Source of the DNA: Girardia tigrina
Lineage: Eukaryota
Direction: 5' to 3'
Length of the DNA stretch: 64,000 nt
Assembly (NCBI GenBank): GCA_001938485.1
Contig: MQRK01178987.1
Location: 3,053-67,052 of the forward strand
A program made the translations under genes and the position numbers. A model generated the notes under the pieces. That model saw only the letters and a program-made list of their open reading frames with translations. It did no database searches and was not told the DNA's origin. Of the stretch, positions 37,256 to 50,345 are shown piece after piece. The number at the start of each line of letters is the position of its first letter. Within the stretch, counting starts at the first letter, position 1.

Positions 37256-39984
37256 CAGTGGCGTAGCGACTGTTTTTGGTGCCCGGGGCGGTCCTAAGAT
37301 TTATCGCCCCCCTAACCCTAACCCCTGATTCGGAACCATTAATTACTGTTTTTACTAAAAATTAAAGAGAGTCAGAAAATATTTACTTTAATTTCATATT
37401 TTTCTTGCAATACTCTTATTCTCATACTAAAAATTACCAAGTAACGAAGTCATTTAAAAATTTACAATTTTATTTACAATTTACAAGCGAACTTTTCGCA
37501 CTTTCAATTCTGCAAATTTATTGATAACAGTATCAAAATTCAGTTCAGCAGAAAACTCCCTCTCAATGTAGAGGACTACCAAGTCTGTAAGCCTTGATTG
37601 GCTCATTGTAGATCGGAGATAGTTCTTAATGAGCTTTAATTTAGAAAACGAGCGTTCGCAGCTGGCAACGCTAATAGCCCGGGTAAGAAAGATGCGCAGC
37701 AAAATCACAATATTATGGACGGAGTCTCCAAGGTAATATCTCTGTGTGAAGCTCAAAAGTTCTAAAGGTCCGTCAATTCTGTTATTTCCTGAAGCTCGGA
37801 CAAAATACTGCAGTCTTATTCTTTCGGCTAAGAATTCCTCTTTCTCCACCTCGTCTTCTATTTCACCAAGTTGGCAATCGTAATTATCATCATAGAGATT
37901 CGATGGTGCAATAACAGCATATCTGTTTGCAAGATCATGAACTTGTTGAAATCTTGAATATATTTCGTCTATCAACCTGTCTATGACAGACAGCATTTCC
38001 CGTCTCAACTCAGCATCAAATGTCATCGCTACATTAGTCGATCCCTCGCCATCCATTCTTTTTTTTTTGCGAATACGACGCTCCATACTAATCCCCATTT
38101 CAAAGCAGAGCTTTTTGGATTCGTCCATTGCACAGTCCACCATCTTTTCTCTATTCTTAAAAATGTTATCTCTCAGTGATATGAGCTAGACAGAACTTTG
38201 ATGCAGATCGAGCCCTTTTGTTTGAAGATACTTCTGGGCATCATTTATCTCTGGTAGAATGGAATTCCAAAGGTTCAAAAGCGATAGAAACGGAAATGAC
38301 AGTACTGATGATAGGAATAAAGATGCATCTGATCTTGTCATTAAATTTCTCTTTCCTTAATGAGCTTCTCTAGAGCAGTCATGACTTGTGATAATTTTTC
38401 CACCAACACATTTACAGCATATTCTTTCCCAGTTTAACTTTTACCAAATGTTCACGGAGCACAGGGTCATACTTGGCCAACAAATGAACCAATTCCAAAA
38501 AGTTTCCTCTATTTTCCTGGTCTCCATCTTCGTGGATGTCTTCTCGATGGCCCCTTAGTGCCAGGTTTTGCGAGAAGAGAAATCTGATGATGTCCAGTAA
38601 TCTAGCTAGACTTTCTCGCCATTTCTTAGTCTCCTTCTCAATTAATTCTTCCTCTACTTTGTTTATTGCCTTTCCATTAGCGAGCCGGATCTTAAGCTCC
38701 TTCCACTTGAGGAATGCCTGCGCATGCGATGCGCTAACTTCGTGCTCATGAACTTTAGGATTTAATTTCCACCAGTTCTTAAAGCCTTCTTCAGTAGAAA
38801 AACTAGACAGCCTAACTGAAAACAGTCTGCTGCAAAAGTAGAACAGGGACTCCTTTGAAGGAGAATACACCATCCATGTTCTCATACTTTTCTCTCCATT
38901 CCGTAGATCACGAAAAACCATTTTTGGTTAGCTTTCTAGTGTTACCTTTTGTCCTTGTGCCTGGTCGTGGTACTTCTTTGAATTAACAATGAAGGTGCTG
39001 CATAGAAGTATATCCTTGACGAACAAGCATAGCGCGAATTTCATGGCTAATCTTAACTGACCAAAGACGTAAAAAATCACTGTAAAATCACTTATAAAGT
39101 ATGTTTTCAGAGTGATTAATTGGTGCATTTCTTGTGCTTCAATTTCCCTCTCATAAACTTCTGCATCAATGCCAACTTCACCTTCCACAGTAACAGTATC
39201 GACTTCAATTGTAGCATTAGCAATATCAAATTTATCCACAGTCTCTATTGGATTATCGTCCTTTTAAACGACGAATTGGTTTTACCGTATTAAATAAGAA
39301 TAAATACAATGCAATATCCAAATTTTTTTAACAAAATCGATTTTTTTAATTTTCAATTCTTTTCAGCTTCATAAAAAAATCAAATTTATTTGCTAAAAAA
39401 GTAATTATTTAAAAAAAAATCAAAAATTTAAAATTAAAAAAAATGACGATTTTTTTACGGTAAGTATTGCTTACGTATTTTTTTCTTATGTACTTTTTTA
39501 TAAATTAGTGGGTACAAGTTGTGCTGAACAACAATTACAATACTTTGACAGCGGATATTAAGTATTAATTAATCAATTAATTGTTTTTTTTAACGATTAA
39601 AATGTTTTAGCTTAATCAAAATTATAACCACATACTTTATACATGCTTTTGAAATTAAGCACTAATTTACAGACATACAAAGTAAGAAAATGCAATCAAA
39701 TAAAATCTAATAACCGGAAGTATTTAACTGAAATACAAAAATCAAAACATTGTCATGTAACGGTAAAGAATTTGTGCATATCTGGTAAGAGACAAATCTT
39801 CCAACCCATTGGCAGTTTTCATTAAATTAGTTCAGTTTAACATTCTGTTATGTCCAGCATTTATGGTCAGATTTTTCTTCGTTTTATTTTATACATAATA
39901 TTTCTCCCATTCACAAATGCCGCCACCAACAGTCGTGCCGCCCGGGGCAGATCGCCCCCTCCGCCCCCCTACGCTACGCCACTG
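37256..39984 (-). mobile_element. hAT transposon (Tip100/ZMYM1-like), degenerate transposase
   Basis: TIRs CAGTGGCGTAGCG / CGCTACGCCACTG; 8-bp TSD CAGACTAC; ORFs 38412-38921 (LALRGHRE..NRGNFLEL) and 37481-38143 (SVASCERSFSKLKLIKNYLRSTM). Confidence 0.95.
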
Positions 39985-40067
39985 CAGACTACACATTTAT
40001 TGTTTTTAATTAAATAAATTTTTTTGTCATTATTATCCATTAATATTTTAATTAATTATCATTTTCA

Positions 40068-43000
40068 TGTAACAACGAATCACAAATCTATAAAATTTAT
40101 TTTTCACTAACAAATGCTTTTTAAATAGATATTATTTAAACAAATAATTATCTATATTTTTTCATGTTAAATATTTCTTTTAAGAAATAAATTTAACATG
40201 TAACACTCCCACCATATTCTTCGTCACAAGAATCTATATCTACCACATACTCGTTCAAATATTTCGGTTTTCGTCTTTCTCTTTGGGGTCTGTTACTGAT
40301 TCCCGATTCACTTTGCTTAACACTCGGAGCTGGTTCGTTGTTATTTTCCAACATGTAATCCGAGTAAGAGTTTCGCGGCAGATCTGGTTGTCTTGGTCGA
40401 ATATCTCCTATATGCCGTGGACCGCAAAAACCATCACAATTTATTAAGTACTTTCTTTGATCCAATTTTCTAACGACAACGCCTCTTGTCCATTGCTTTG
40501 TACATGGCATATTATTTTCAGGCTTTGCCCAGACTAACTGTTGCTCTTTATCTTATTGTAAACCGGCTCTTTTTCAATTCTTTCGATTACCTCCAAACCC
40601 ACTGAAATGTACTTGTAAAGTCCTGATCTAGGTGTCTCCTTTCCGTCGGATGGTGTATTTTTATACCACCATAATGCTTCCATGATACTGATATTTGATC
40701 GAGATGCAATTCTCTTGATTGTCTTATGATTTCTCTCTATTATTCCGTTGCAATTTGGTCGATTAATAGCGCGGTATAGGACTTGTACATTCCACTTTTC
40801 CATCAACTTTCTGAATTCGGCTGAATGAAATGTCGTATAATTGTCAATAATCAACTCCTTTGGAGATCCACGCTCGCAGAACAAATTTGAAAACTCTGTA
40901 ACAATCGACTTGACATCCTCAGCAAGTCTTGTCCAGTTTTCATTGACAGCTAATTTTCCAGTTTCCCATTTTATTGGTGCCGGATCAATAGATTGACAAC
41001 TTTGACACTTCGAGATCAAATCCTTTATATCCGCATTTGACACATTTATTTCCAACTTATCGCACAGATATCGCATTCTCTTTACACCTAAATGACATCT
41101 GTCATGAAGTTTCTGTAGTTTGAATATGTCATCTGTTACAGACAAAAGGCAACTGCTTCGTTTTAATTGTTTGGGCATTCTTGTCAGTTCAACAGCCTTG
41201 TTGTCTTCACTATTAACAAACTCAATTTTCAAAGTTATTTCGTATTCCTGGCACAACTCCTTAATCATTGACAATCGGTGCTTTATCAAAAGCTCGGAAG
41301 AGGCATTCGTGTGTAATTTATTTCGCTCTGATAGTGCCTCAGTTATCAAAGAAACAACTGATTTGTTATCTGATTTTACTACAACATTCGTTAGTCCCCA
41401 TTTAATACACAGATTTAGACCCTTTACAACTGCTTCTAGTTCTGCTACGTTTATGTGCCTAGAATCATCAGTTTTCATTAACCATGATGCGTTTTCTATA
41501 ATATTTCCTTTAACTTCCAATGCTGCCCCAATGGCTATCGAACTGGCATCACACCATATGATGCCGTCTTTACAATCACCAATACTCCATATCCCTCTAC
41601 AAGGATCTTCCGCCTTAACTTTTTTCAAAACAAATTTGATCTTCTCGAATAATTCGACATCTATTTTCTCATCCCATTTTCCTTCACTGAGCCTTTTCAT
41701 GTAGGAGCATGATGAACGTAGCCAACCTGCAACAGGGTGGATTCCTACTAATTGGCCACACAGCGAATATAACTCGCGACGCGATATTGATTCGGCAACT
41801 ATCTCGTCCTTGAAATGATTCTCTCTCATCCATCTCACCGAATTCTTATCTCTAAAGACTTTAACTCCCAACACTCGCACCTCTTTATCCATTGAGAGTT
41901 TCTGGTTTTTTGCATTTTAGACTAAATTTCTCGAACAGCATTCTAATTTCGTCAACTATGATTTCAGATTCGTCAACGTAAATGTCATTGATGTACGAGT
42001 CGGTGTTTTCACGTGCTCTAGGATCAGAATTTAAAATCCACTTGACAATTTCAGTCATAATGGTCGGAGCGATATTTATGCCAAAGCTCATCCTGGTTAG
42101 AGCGTACTTTTTTCCATTAATGACACATGATTGATAACGCCACATTTCCTTGTGAACGCGAATCTGCATATACGCCTCTGATAAATCAAGCATGGAAAAT
42201 CTTGATCNNNNNNNNNNNNNNNNNNNNNNNNNNNNNNNNNNNNNNNNNNNNNNNNNNNNNNNNNNNNNNNNNNNNNNNNNNNNNNNNNNNNNNNNNNNNN
42301 NNNNNNNNNNNNNNNNNNNNNNNNNNNNNNNNNNNNNNNNNNNNGGTATAGATCCTATCGATTTACCCATTTCCTTCTCGTCATAATCGATTAAATAACC
42401 CTTCTTCATCCACTCCTCAAGGATTTTCATTGTAGCTATGTCTTTCGATTTGTCATCCTTAAAGATCGAATGTCGAATTGGTAGATAACTCGGCGCTTCA
42501 TCTTTCCACTTCCATTTAACCATCCAATTATCCTTAAATTCAATCTCATAATTGTGTTTGTTCAGGCTAACTCTTGGCACAACACCCGTGACACAACTCA
42601 TATTGTCACCAGCCTTCTTTAGTCCTTCTCCTACACACACACACCAAATTCGATAACACCCTTATTAATTTTCACACCCCAAGTTCACTTATAACATCCA
42701 TACCAATTAAAATTCCCAAATCATAGGGTAAGTATTTCATGACAGAACATTCNNNNNNNNNNNNNNNNNNNNNNNNNNNNNNNNNNNNNNNNNNNNNNNN
42801 NNNNNNNNNNNNNNNNNNNNNNNNNNNNNNNNNNNNNNNNNNNNNNNNNNNNNNNNNNNNNNNNNNNNNNNNNNNNNNNNNNNNNGTTTTTGAGCAACCC
42901 GAATCTATTAACGCTGTAACCGACTTGTTGTTAACAATGACAGTCATGGTTGGCAGCGCCGGAAATGTCAGAGGGAGAGAGCCGGCGCCTACAAACTCCC

Positions 43001-43875
43001 CTGTACTTTTTTCGACTTGCAATATTTTGCAATATGTCCAACTTGCTTACATTCATAGCAAATTATTTGTCCATTCGATTGCCGCTGAAAATTTTCATTA
43101 CGGTTTACCCTTGTTTGTACCAGATTTCCGTCATGTGGCACACGGGGTTTTGTAAAGGAACTCCTTCTACCGCCGCTGACCTCACCTCGTTCTTTAGAAA
43201 CGATCTTTCCATCACCAACGTTTTGTACCGCTGACATTGAACTTTGTGTGACACATTTTTTTAATTCCTAAATACCTACGACTATATTCAACCATTTCGG
43301 TTAAATCTTGATCGCCGACCTGCTCTAAATTCAATTGCAACTCGAACGGCAATCCAGTCATAAAAGCCGCCTTGGTCAGATCGTCAATTTTTGATGCCAA
43401 CATCTTTACTTGAGAAACGTAATCGTCAATAATTTGTCCTTCGTAATATTTCAAATTAAGCAGTTGGCTGTACGCAGATCGTCTGGTTAATCCGAATGAA
43501 TTGTCCAAGATTTGCAGTACTTCTTCACAGTTGCTCTGTTTCTTTTCATNNNNNNNNNNNNNNNNNNNNNNNNNNNNNNNNNNNNNNNNNNNNNNNNNNN
43601 NNNNNNNNNNNNNNNNNNNNNNNNNNNNNNNNNNNNNNNNNNNNNNNNNNNNNNNNNNNNNNNNNNTGCCGTTTCCATTAAATTTCTCCAAATGATCGAG
43701 TATAATTTTTAAATCGCTTATCATTGCCCGGATAGCTTGTAACAACGAATCACAAATCTATAAAATTTATTTTTCACTAACAAATGCTTTTTAAATAGAT
43801 ATTATTTAAACAAATAATTATCTATATTTTTTCATGTTAAATATTTCGTTTAAGAAATAAATTTAACATGTAACA
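40068..43875 (-). mobile_element. LTR retrotransposon (Troyka-like): gag-PR-RT-RH-IN between 138-bp LTRs
   Basis: LTRs 40068-40205 and 43738-43875 (TG..CA, one mismatch seen); 4-bp TSD TTCA. Motifs CYECKQVGHIAKYC, ALIDSGCS, LDLSEAYMQI, YINDI, CDASSIAIG..HINVAELEAV, HDRCHLG..CQSC and NGIIERNHKTIK. Frameshifts and gaps present. Confidence 0.95.
43726..43737 (-). promoter_or_regulatory. Primer-binding site complementary to tRNA-Lys(UUU) nt 1-12
   Basis: AGCTATCCGGGC abuts the 5' LTR; its complement GCCCGGATAGCT is the 5' end of metazoan tRNA-Lys(UUU). Confidence 0.8.
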
Positions 43876-43963
43876 TTCATATAAATTTTAACATTTCAAA
43901 ACAGTTTTTATAAAATATTCAAATCAAATATTAAAATTATTGACGATGATGTATGATATTTCT

Positions 43964-44007
<44 letters not shown>

Positions 44008-44485
44008 CTGGTCTGTTATGTATATATAATGTGAAATGTTAAAGCAGTTATTTATATTGGGCCCGTTCTCGAACCGGGCACCAAAGAACGGGTGTTAAAA
44101 TTCCTTACGGGCTACGGGCTCGGGAGCGGGCAGGGCCCCACCCTAAGATATAAGCGATTTTGAGATATGCAGAAGTGACTGTAGTATAAAAATATTCTAA
44201 AAAAATAAAATTACGTAAGTTCTGATTTTTATATTCGTATAATCGCTGTTCATCACGTTTCCAATTCATTTTTTAAAATTACAAAGCAGCACAGTTTAAT
44301 ATTTTTCAGCGTTTCTTGATAAATTTCAAAATTCTTCAAAATTTATATTCAATATGTTAAAATTTTTCAAATTTAATATTAATGATATTGATCTGAAACT
44401 TGCAATATTTTAAACTAAGATTAAAGTAATATTTTTGTAATTCTCTTTTAAAAACAACACTCATCCATTAAAAAATATATTTATA

Positions 44486-44524
44486 GATAATATTTTTCGA
44501 CGGATCTACCGTCATCTTCAGGTC
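44486..44524 (-). ncRNA. Minimal hammerhead ribozyme in a Penelope pseudo-LTR remnant
   Basis: CTGAAGA-T-GACGG(TAGAT)CCGTC-GAAA; upstream ATCG.TTACATAATCA is shared with the pLTR at about 63595. Confidence 0.65.
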
Positions 44525-44836
44525 ACTAATTAATAATCAATTCACCTGTATATAATACAAAAAATGATGATTATGTAACCGATTACATGAAATCATGCTA
44601 ATCAAAAATTCTCAATAAGCTGGTTGAGACTGCCGATAGAACATTGATTTGTAGGGCAACGTGACCTAATCAACAATGCTTCACACGACACTCCCAATAA
44701 CTGTCAAAATGATTACACAGAATTTTGAAATTATCAAAATTAACATCACATTTTCACTTTTTCCTATGTTCTGCAATATTACTCTTACTCTCTTTTCGAC
44801 CATGTTCTTGAATTCATTTACAGAGATGACGGATAT

Positions 44837-47643
44837 GTTGCGTTAGAATCAAAATTTAGTAAAAACATATAAAATTTAAGTATCGATTTAAACAAAATAA
44901 TCAGAAATATCGTAAAACATAAAAAACAAGAGAAATCACACAATAAACATAAGAATCGTAACAAATCAGCAACAAAAAGTGTTAAAATGTATATAAATGA
45001 GATAAAAAGTGTAAATATTGGCGGAAAAGTAAATAATTACAGATAAATAATTGATAAAATCAGAATAACGCGCGCAAATGAATAGATAAAAATCCGCAAA
45101 AATAATGACAAATTCCCAAATAATTTTACGAGCAAAATAAAACAAAAATTACGAAATTCCGTTAGGAATTCGCAGAAAAATAGCAAAATTGAAGTAAAAA
45201 TAATAAATAAATAATCGATAAATAACGATTAATTAACGGATTTGAATGAAATAAACAAATAAAATAGTCGGAAAAATCATGAAAATACTCGTAAAATACC
45301 AACAGATAATAAAAGATCATAATTACACCGAAAAACGAGAGAAAATAGCGAATTAATACAAATAGTATAAATTGGAACATCGCCAAATAAAGAAATAACG
45401 ATGAAAATCTCACAAAATGAAGACGAAAAATTCATAAAATAATCGGAAAAATCGTAGAAAAATCAACAAGATGTGAAAACGTTATAATCAACACTAATCG
45501 ATCAAGATTTCGAATGAAAATAATTGAAAATTAATAAAATTGTATTTTACTGCAATATTGTGACCAAAAAACGTAAATATGAATGAAAATCGATCGATCA
45601 GAGCGGAAAAAATTCGTAAAAATTATGATAAAAATTATGCGATATAAATCATGAAAAAATACGCAGTGAAAATAGAAAAATACGAAAAGAAACATAAAAA
45701 AATCAATTAAATCGAAAATCATTCAAAATAATCAATCAATGAGTCCAATACTATGCGGACGCCACTGAAACAGATTCCAAGCGATGTAGAACAATGTAAA
45801 AAGCTGCAAAAATGTAATAATGATAAATATCCATCGAAGCCGCAATAAATTATAAATTGGAAATATATCAAACGGAATGAATTAGATGCGGGAAAAATCT
45901 AAAAAATTATTCAAAAAATCAGAAATAAATAGATTAACGGAAATCATNNNNNNNNNNNNNNNNNNNNNNNNNNNNNNNNNNNNNNNNNNNNNNNNNNNNN
46001 NNNNNNNNNNNNNNNNNNNNNNNNNNNNNNNNNNNNNNNNNNNNNNNNNNNNNNNNNNNNNNNNNNNNNNNNNNNNNNNNNNNNNNNNNNNNNNNNNNNN
46101 NNNNNNNNNNNNNNNNNNNNNNNNNNNNNNNNNNNNNNNNNNNNNNNNNNNNNNNNNNNNNNNNNNNNNNNNNNNNNNNNNNNNNNNNNNNNNNNNNNNN
46201 NNNNNNNNNNNNNNNNNNNNNNNNNNNNNNNNNNNNNNNNNNNNNNNNNNNNNNNNNNNNNNNNNNNNNNNNNNNNNNNNNNNNNNNNNNNNNNNNNNNN
46301 NNNNNNNCCGTTGGAATCCGGAAACGCGGTTTGAAATGCGCGCGCAGGACGTCGTCACCGATGAGATACATTTGGTTTGGTTAAACAATCATCATCCGAA
46401 GGTCCGGAAAAAGGCTGAAAAGATTAATAAAATTAGTAAAATTAAAACAAAACAAATGTACATACCGGATTAATCATCGATCCAAAATTTTCTAATTCTA
46501 GAAAGTCCAAAAATGGAACTGACGTGTTCCAATCGAAATTGGTCGTACGATTCCAAAACGTACGTGGACCAATTAAGATTCAACACGCGACAATTTTAGA
46601 CTGAAATCTTGGTATAAATACCGAGCAGTTTTTGACANNNNNNNNNNNNNNNNNNNNNNNNNNNNNNNNNNNNNNNNNNNNNNNNNNNNNNNNNNNNNNN
46701 NNNNNNNNNNNNNNNNNNNNNNNNNNNNNNNNNNNNNNCTAGGTTGGTATTGTTAGAATTTTCGCGTCCGAGAGGGAAAGTAATGGATTACTCTCTCTCT
46801 CGGGTCCCGAACATTTAAATTTATTTTACCGAGCGGTCGGTCCCCCGAATATTAATTATGTTTATTTTGTTATTGTTAATTATGCCTATGCTAAATAGGT
46901 CATTTTATTATCCAATTATATTTTATAATCATTATTTTATTTTAAATATTTCTTATGGTCAATTTCAGCTCGAATACTCTCGGGTAGGGCAACCCTTAAA
47001 ATTATTTTATTAAAATTCTTGAAGGCTGGTTCCGGAATGCATTTTTGCGCGGCCAGAATAAGTCCCCGGTTTATGAAGTCTCTGAGTGACAACAAAGCTC
47101 AAGAATTCATACCGGAAGGCAGTTTCGGAATCCGACTGCTATCTTTCATGACCGCTTACGTAGAATAAGGCTTAAATAATAAATCATCAACTCCTATTTT
47201 AACCGTTGTAATTTTAGATGATGATACAAGAAATAGAATTACGAGAAGCTAAGAAAACCATTGAGAGATTGCAGCAAGAAAACAAAGTGTTAAGAAAAGC
47301 CAGGGCGACAGATCGCCAAGAGATATTGAATCTACGAGATAGCGTGGAGATCTTATCGATGAAGTTAAAAGTGACTAAGGAAGCCTCCATCAAGCCTGAT
47401 GAATACGCTCGCGTAGTAAGACGAGGCGTAGCAATGGAAAGTCGCATTCGAGAGCTCGAGCGATTATACTCCGAGCAGTTGCGGCTCCGCATGAGGGAAA
47501 AGTTAAGGGCCGACGAAGGGAAAGAGTCGCGCACCTTAGGCACTCAATGGTGTATAACAGATTATCGCGGAGAGGATTATGTCAATAGATGAAAACGACA
47601 AAGGCTCCGTAAGAGCATAGACAATGTAGTTAAGTGTTTTACA
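44837..47643 (+). mobile_element. Long LTR-like element with TATA box, antisense intron and sense ORF (boundaries uncertain, gapped)
   Basis: GGTATAAATACC at 46611; minus-strand 51-nt intron 46465-46415 (GTATGT..TACTAAT..TTTTCAG); sense ORF 47218-47592. Confidence 0.45.
47218..47592 (+). CDS. Hypothetical 124-aa coiled-coil protein
   Basis: Intact E/R/K/L-rich ORF with heptad-like pattern; ATG directly follows TTTTAG, a splice-acceptor-like site. Confidence 0.5.
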   Translation: MMIQEIELREAKKTIERLQQENKVLRKARATDRQEILNLRDSVEILSMKLKVTKEASIKPDEYARVVRRGVAMESRIRELERLYSEQLRLRMREKLRADEGKESRTLGTQWCITDYRGEDYVNR

Positions 47644-47984
47644 AAATAAAATTTTGATATGAGTTTTATATGAGTTGTTGATGTATTATTTATAAAATAT
47701 TTCATGCACTGATTAGTTAAAATTTTGTTAGCATTTCTTTCTTTTTCTATAACTCTTTATTTTGACACCAAAATCACATACATGAATGGAGGATTCGCGT
47801 CAGGGTATTCGAGCCCCATACTTTTGTAAATAGTTTTATAATGATAAAAATATTAAAAGATGAAATGTTGTCATAGCTCTTATACCAGTTAAGGGGGTTC
47901 AACATAGTAAAATATAACATACAGTAATTGGGGTTGACACAACACATCATGGGGTTACTGTATCAATGAAATTGTTTTAATCTA

Positions 47985-48216
47985 ACATCACATCATACCC
48001 ATTAGGGCTGATCTGGTCTATCTGGTCTTAAACCTGTGTAGATCTGGAACCTGGAAGGTCCTCATCACTTATCACTGCGTGCAGATGGTATGCTGGGTGA
48101 GAGGCAAGTTGTGGTCATAGATATTGAGAGAGGAGGAATTAAAATGTACATGCAGAGGTTGTATTAGTATGATAGTGTTTTTGGTTGGTTACCGATAACC
48201 TGGGGGCTCAAAGCCA
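47985..48216 (-). mobile_element. LINE 3' structured region (copy E, most diverged)
   Basis: GGCTTTGAGCCCCCAG, CCATCTGCACGCAGTG..GAGGACCTTCC and GGGTATGATG blocks. Confidence 0.55.
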
Positions 48217-48280
48217 AACGACTCAGTTACCCAAGATATGTTCATATGTTTTTAAACACCACACAACCACAACAGATAGT

Positions 48281-48586
48281 CTATCCAATATATATGGCAT
48301 CGCACCCATTACATTTATATTCATAAACAATATTAGAACAAAGGTTTAAAGGTGTAATAGATTTATTACTGAATATATTTTGAATTTTATGAGATCGTGA
48401 TATAATTTTTAAATTTAATTCATTGTTAGTTGCTTTTAACAATGCATTTTTAAAGTTTTTAAATCCTTCAGAATAAGGTACAATTAAACAAAATTTAGGC
48501 ATATTATTAATATCTAATGATCCTTCAATTTCTTTCTTAGATCCATCAGGAGAATCCAAACTCTGATTTTTCGAAAAATCTTTCAA
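48281..48586 (-). mobile_element. Penelope-like element GIY-YIG fragment
   Basis: IVYEYKCNGCDAIYIG; paralogous to 63177-63566. Confidence 0.85.
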
Positions 48587-49959
48587 AAGTATTTTATCTA
48601 CTGTTTCCTTTATTAATTTAATAAAGGAAAAAATAAATTTTTTGCGATATTATTTACTTGATGAGAACCACAAATACATAATAATCAATAAGACGAACTA
48701 AATTTCAAAATTTATTCTTATTTAAAAAGTGCCCACTTTTTGTTTCTTTACACAAAAAACCTCAGGAGATCTTATTCAGAATATTTTGGATCCATTATTA
48801 TAATATTGTAGATGTTATCGGAGTATAGTAAAAATAATGTAGATATATAGTTATTTATCCTTATACACAGAAAACCGTGAAAAAGCTGTCGACCTTGTGA
48901 TACGAACAGACTTTGAAGTGCAGTTTCCGCTTTTAATAAAGCATCCATATCGATTTCCGACGCAAGAATTAACGTTTAGCCGTCTCAGTAATTGTGTACA
49001 TGAACTGTCTCTATATCTTTTGACATTCAACCAAACCGTCCAATCCAAAACCAATAAAAAAATTTTCCACTTTTAAAAACGTTTTCACCCTTTTTTACTC
49101 AACAAACTAATAAGATCTCAGTCACGCCTACAATTTTTATTGTATATTTTTTTACACTTTTTCCCGCAATAACAATCAAAATTCAATTAATCCGTTGAAA
49201 CAATGAAAATTAAAAATACAATTACCAGTCATACAAAAAAATTTTTTAAATACATATTATAACATAATTATGAAGGTTGTGGGGGATTCTTTTTTCTTTG
49301 GATATCTCTACTTTTAGTAAAAAATTCCACAGAACAATAATAAATATTTATTCCAAATAAACTGTAATTACAATTATAAAAACAATCTATATTTAAATCG
49401 ATTTTTTAAATCTTTTATATTTAATTTTCATATTTATATAATATAAAAAGGTCACTACAAAGGCCATAGACCTATTTTATTCTTTTTTAATTTCAAAATT
49501 TCAACTTTATAGATTAGATTATTATTTCATTTATTTTTTATTTTACATGACCTTTTTTATATTTTTGATTGAAGTTAAAGTTGACATTAAAATCAGTCGA
49601 AAGAAAAAAGTCATTTAACTGAATGTTTCAATAAGTGGTTGACTTTGAATTGTAGTTTAAAGTTGTTAGGAATTTGTGTCTATTGAATTATTAAAGCAAA
49701 CGTTTCTTATTGAATGCTTTATTGATTTTTATTGTCGGTAGTGACTCCAGATTCGTTTGTCTTTTTTTGTGTTTGATTTAGAAATTCAATTTGTCTTTCT
49801 TCTTTATATAAATGTTCATTTGTATTTTCGTAAATCTACATCTTATTTTCTCATACGATCTCTAATCGTATCGAAATCTTGTTCGTTTGGTTTACTTACT
49901 TTTTCAATAGTATCGATCGGCACAAAAGAATTCATATATATTTGGTTGATAATTGCATC

Positions 49960-50345
49960 AATATGTCGTGCTCCCCTTCAAAACAACATTATTGATGACT
50001 CTGAGCCCCCATCCGTTTTCCATTAGAGTTCAACGGCTACTCTATCAAACTAAGCTAATTACATTTCAATGGGGAACAGACGCGACTACTTTGCTTGCAT
50101 CAACGAATTGTGCAAACATTAGAGCGCCTTCGGGTTCTTAACCAGTAACGAGGATGACCCGACTGGTGGCTGAGCTTCTAGAGGGGATGATAATAATTCT
50201 ATGCTACGATTATAACCTTATCGACGCGCTAACACTTGAAACTACAGGAAACGAAGAGAGCCTCAAGAAAGAAAATGACGAGCGGTCCGCGTGCCCCTTG
50301 CATGCTGCAGCCGGTCGGCATCACCCTCCCAAGGTTCCTCGCCCA
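49960..50345 (+). mobile_element. LINE 3' end with structured region (copy B)
   Basis: Aligns with 24792-25175 with compensatory changes. Confidence 0.7.

Larger units (their letters stand above)
35073..44146. mobile_element. Non-autonomous hAT-like element hosting nested insertions
   Basis: Imperfect TIRs CTAGCGTGGAGCCC / GGGCCCCACCCTAA, CGGGC-rich subtermini, and 8-bp TSD GATATAAG (35065-35072, 44147-44154). Confidence 0.7.

Noticed and set aside
37309-37325. CCCTAA repeats as an interstitial telomere
   Set aside because: Only about two units, inside a hAT subterminus.
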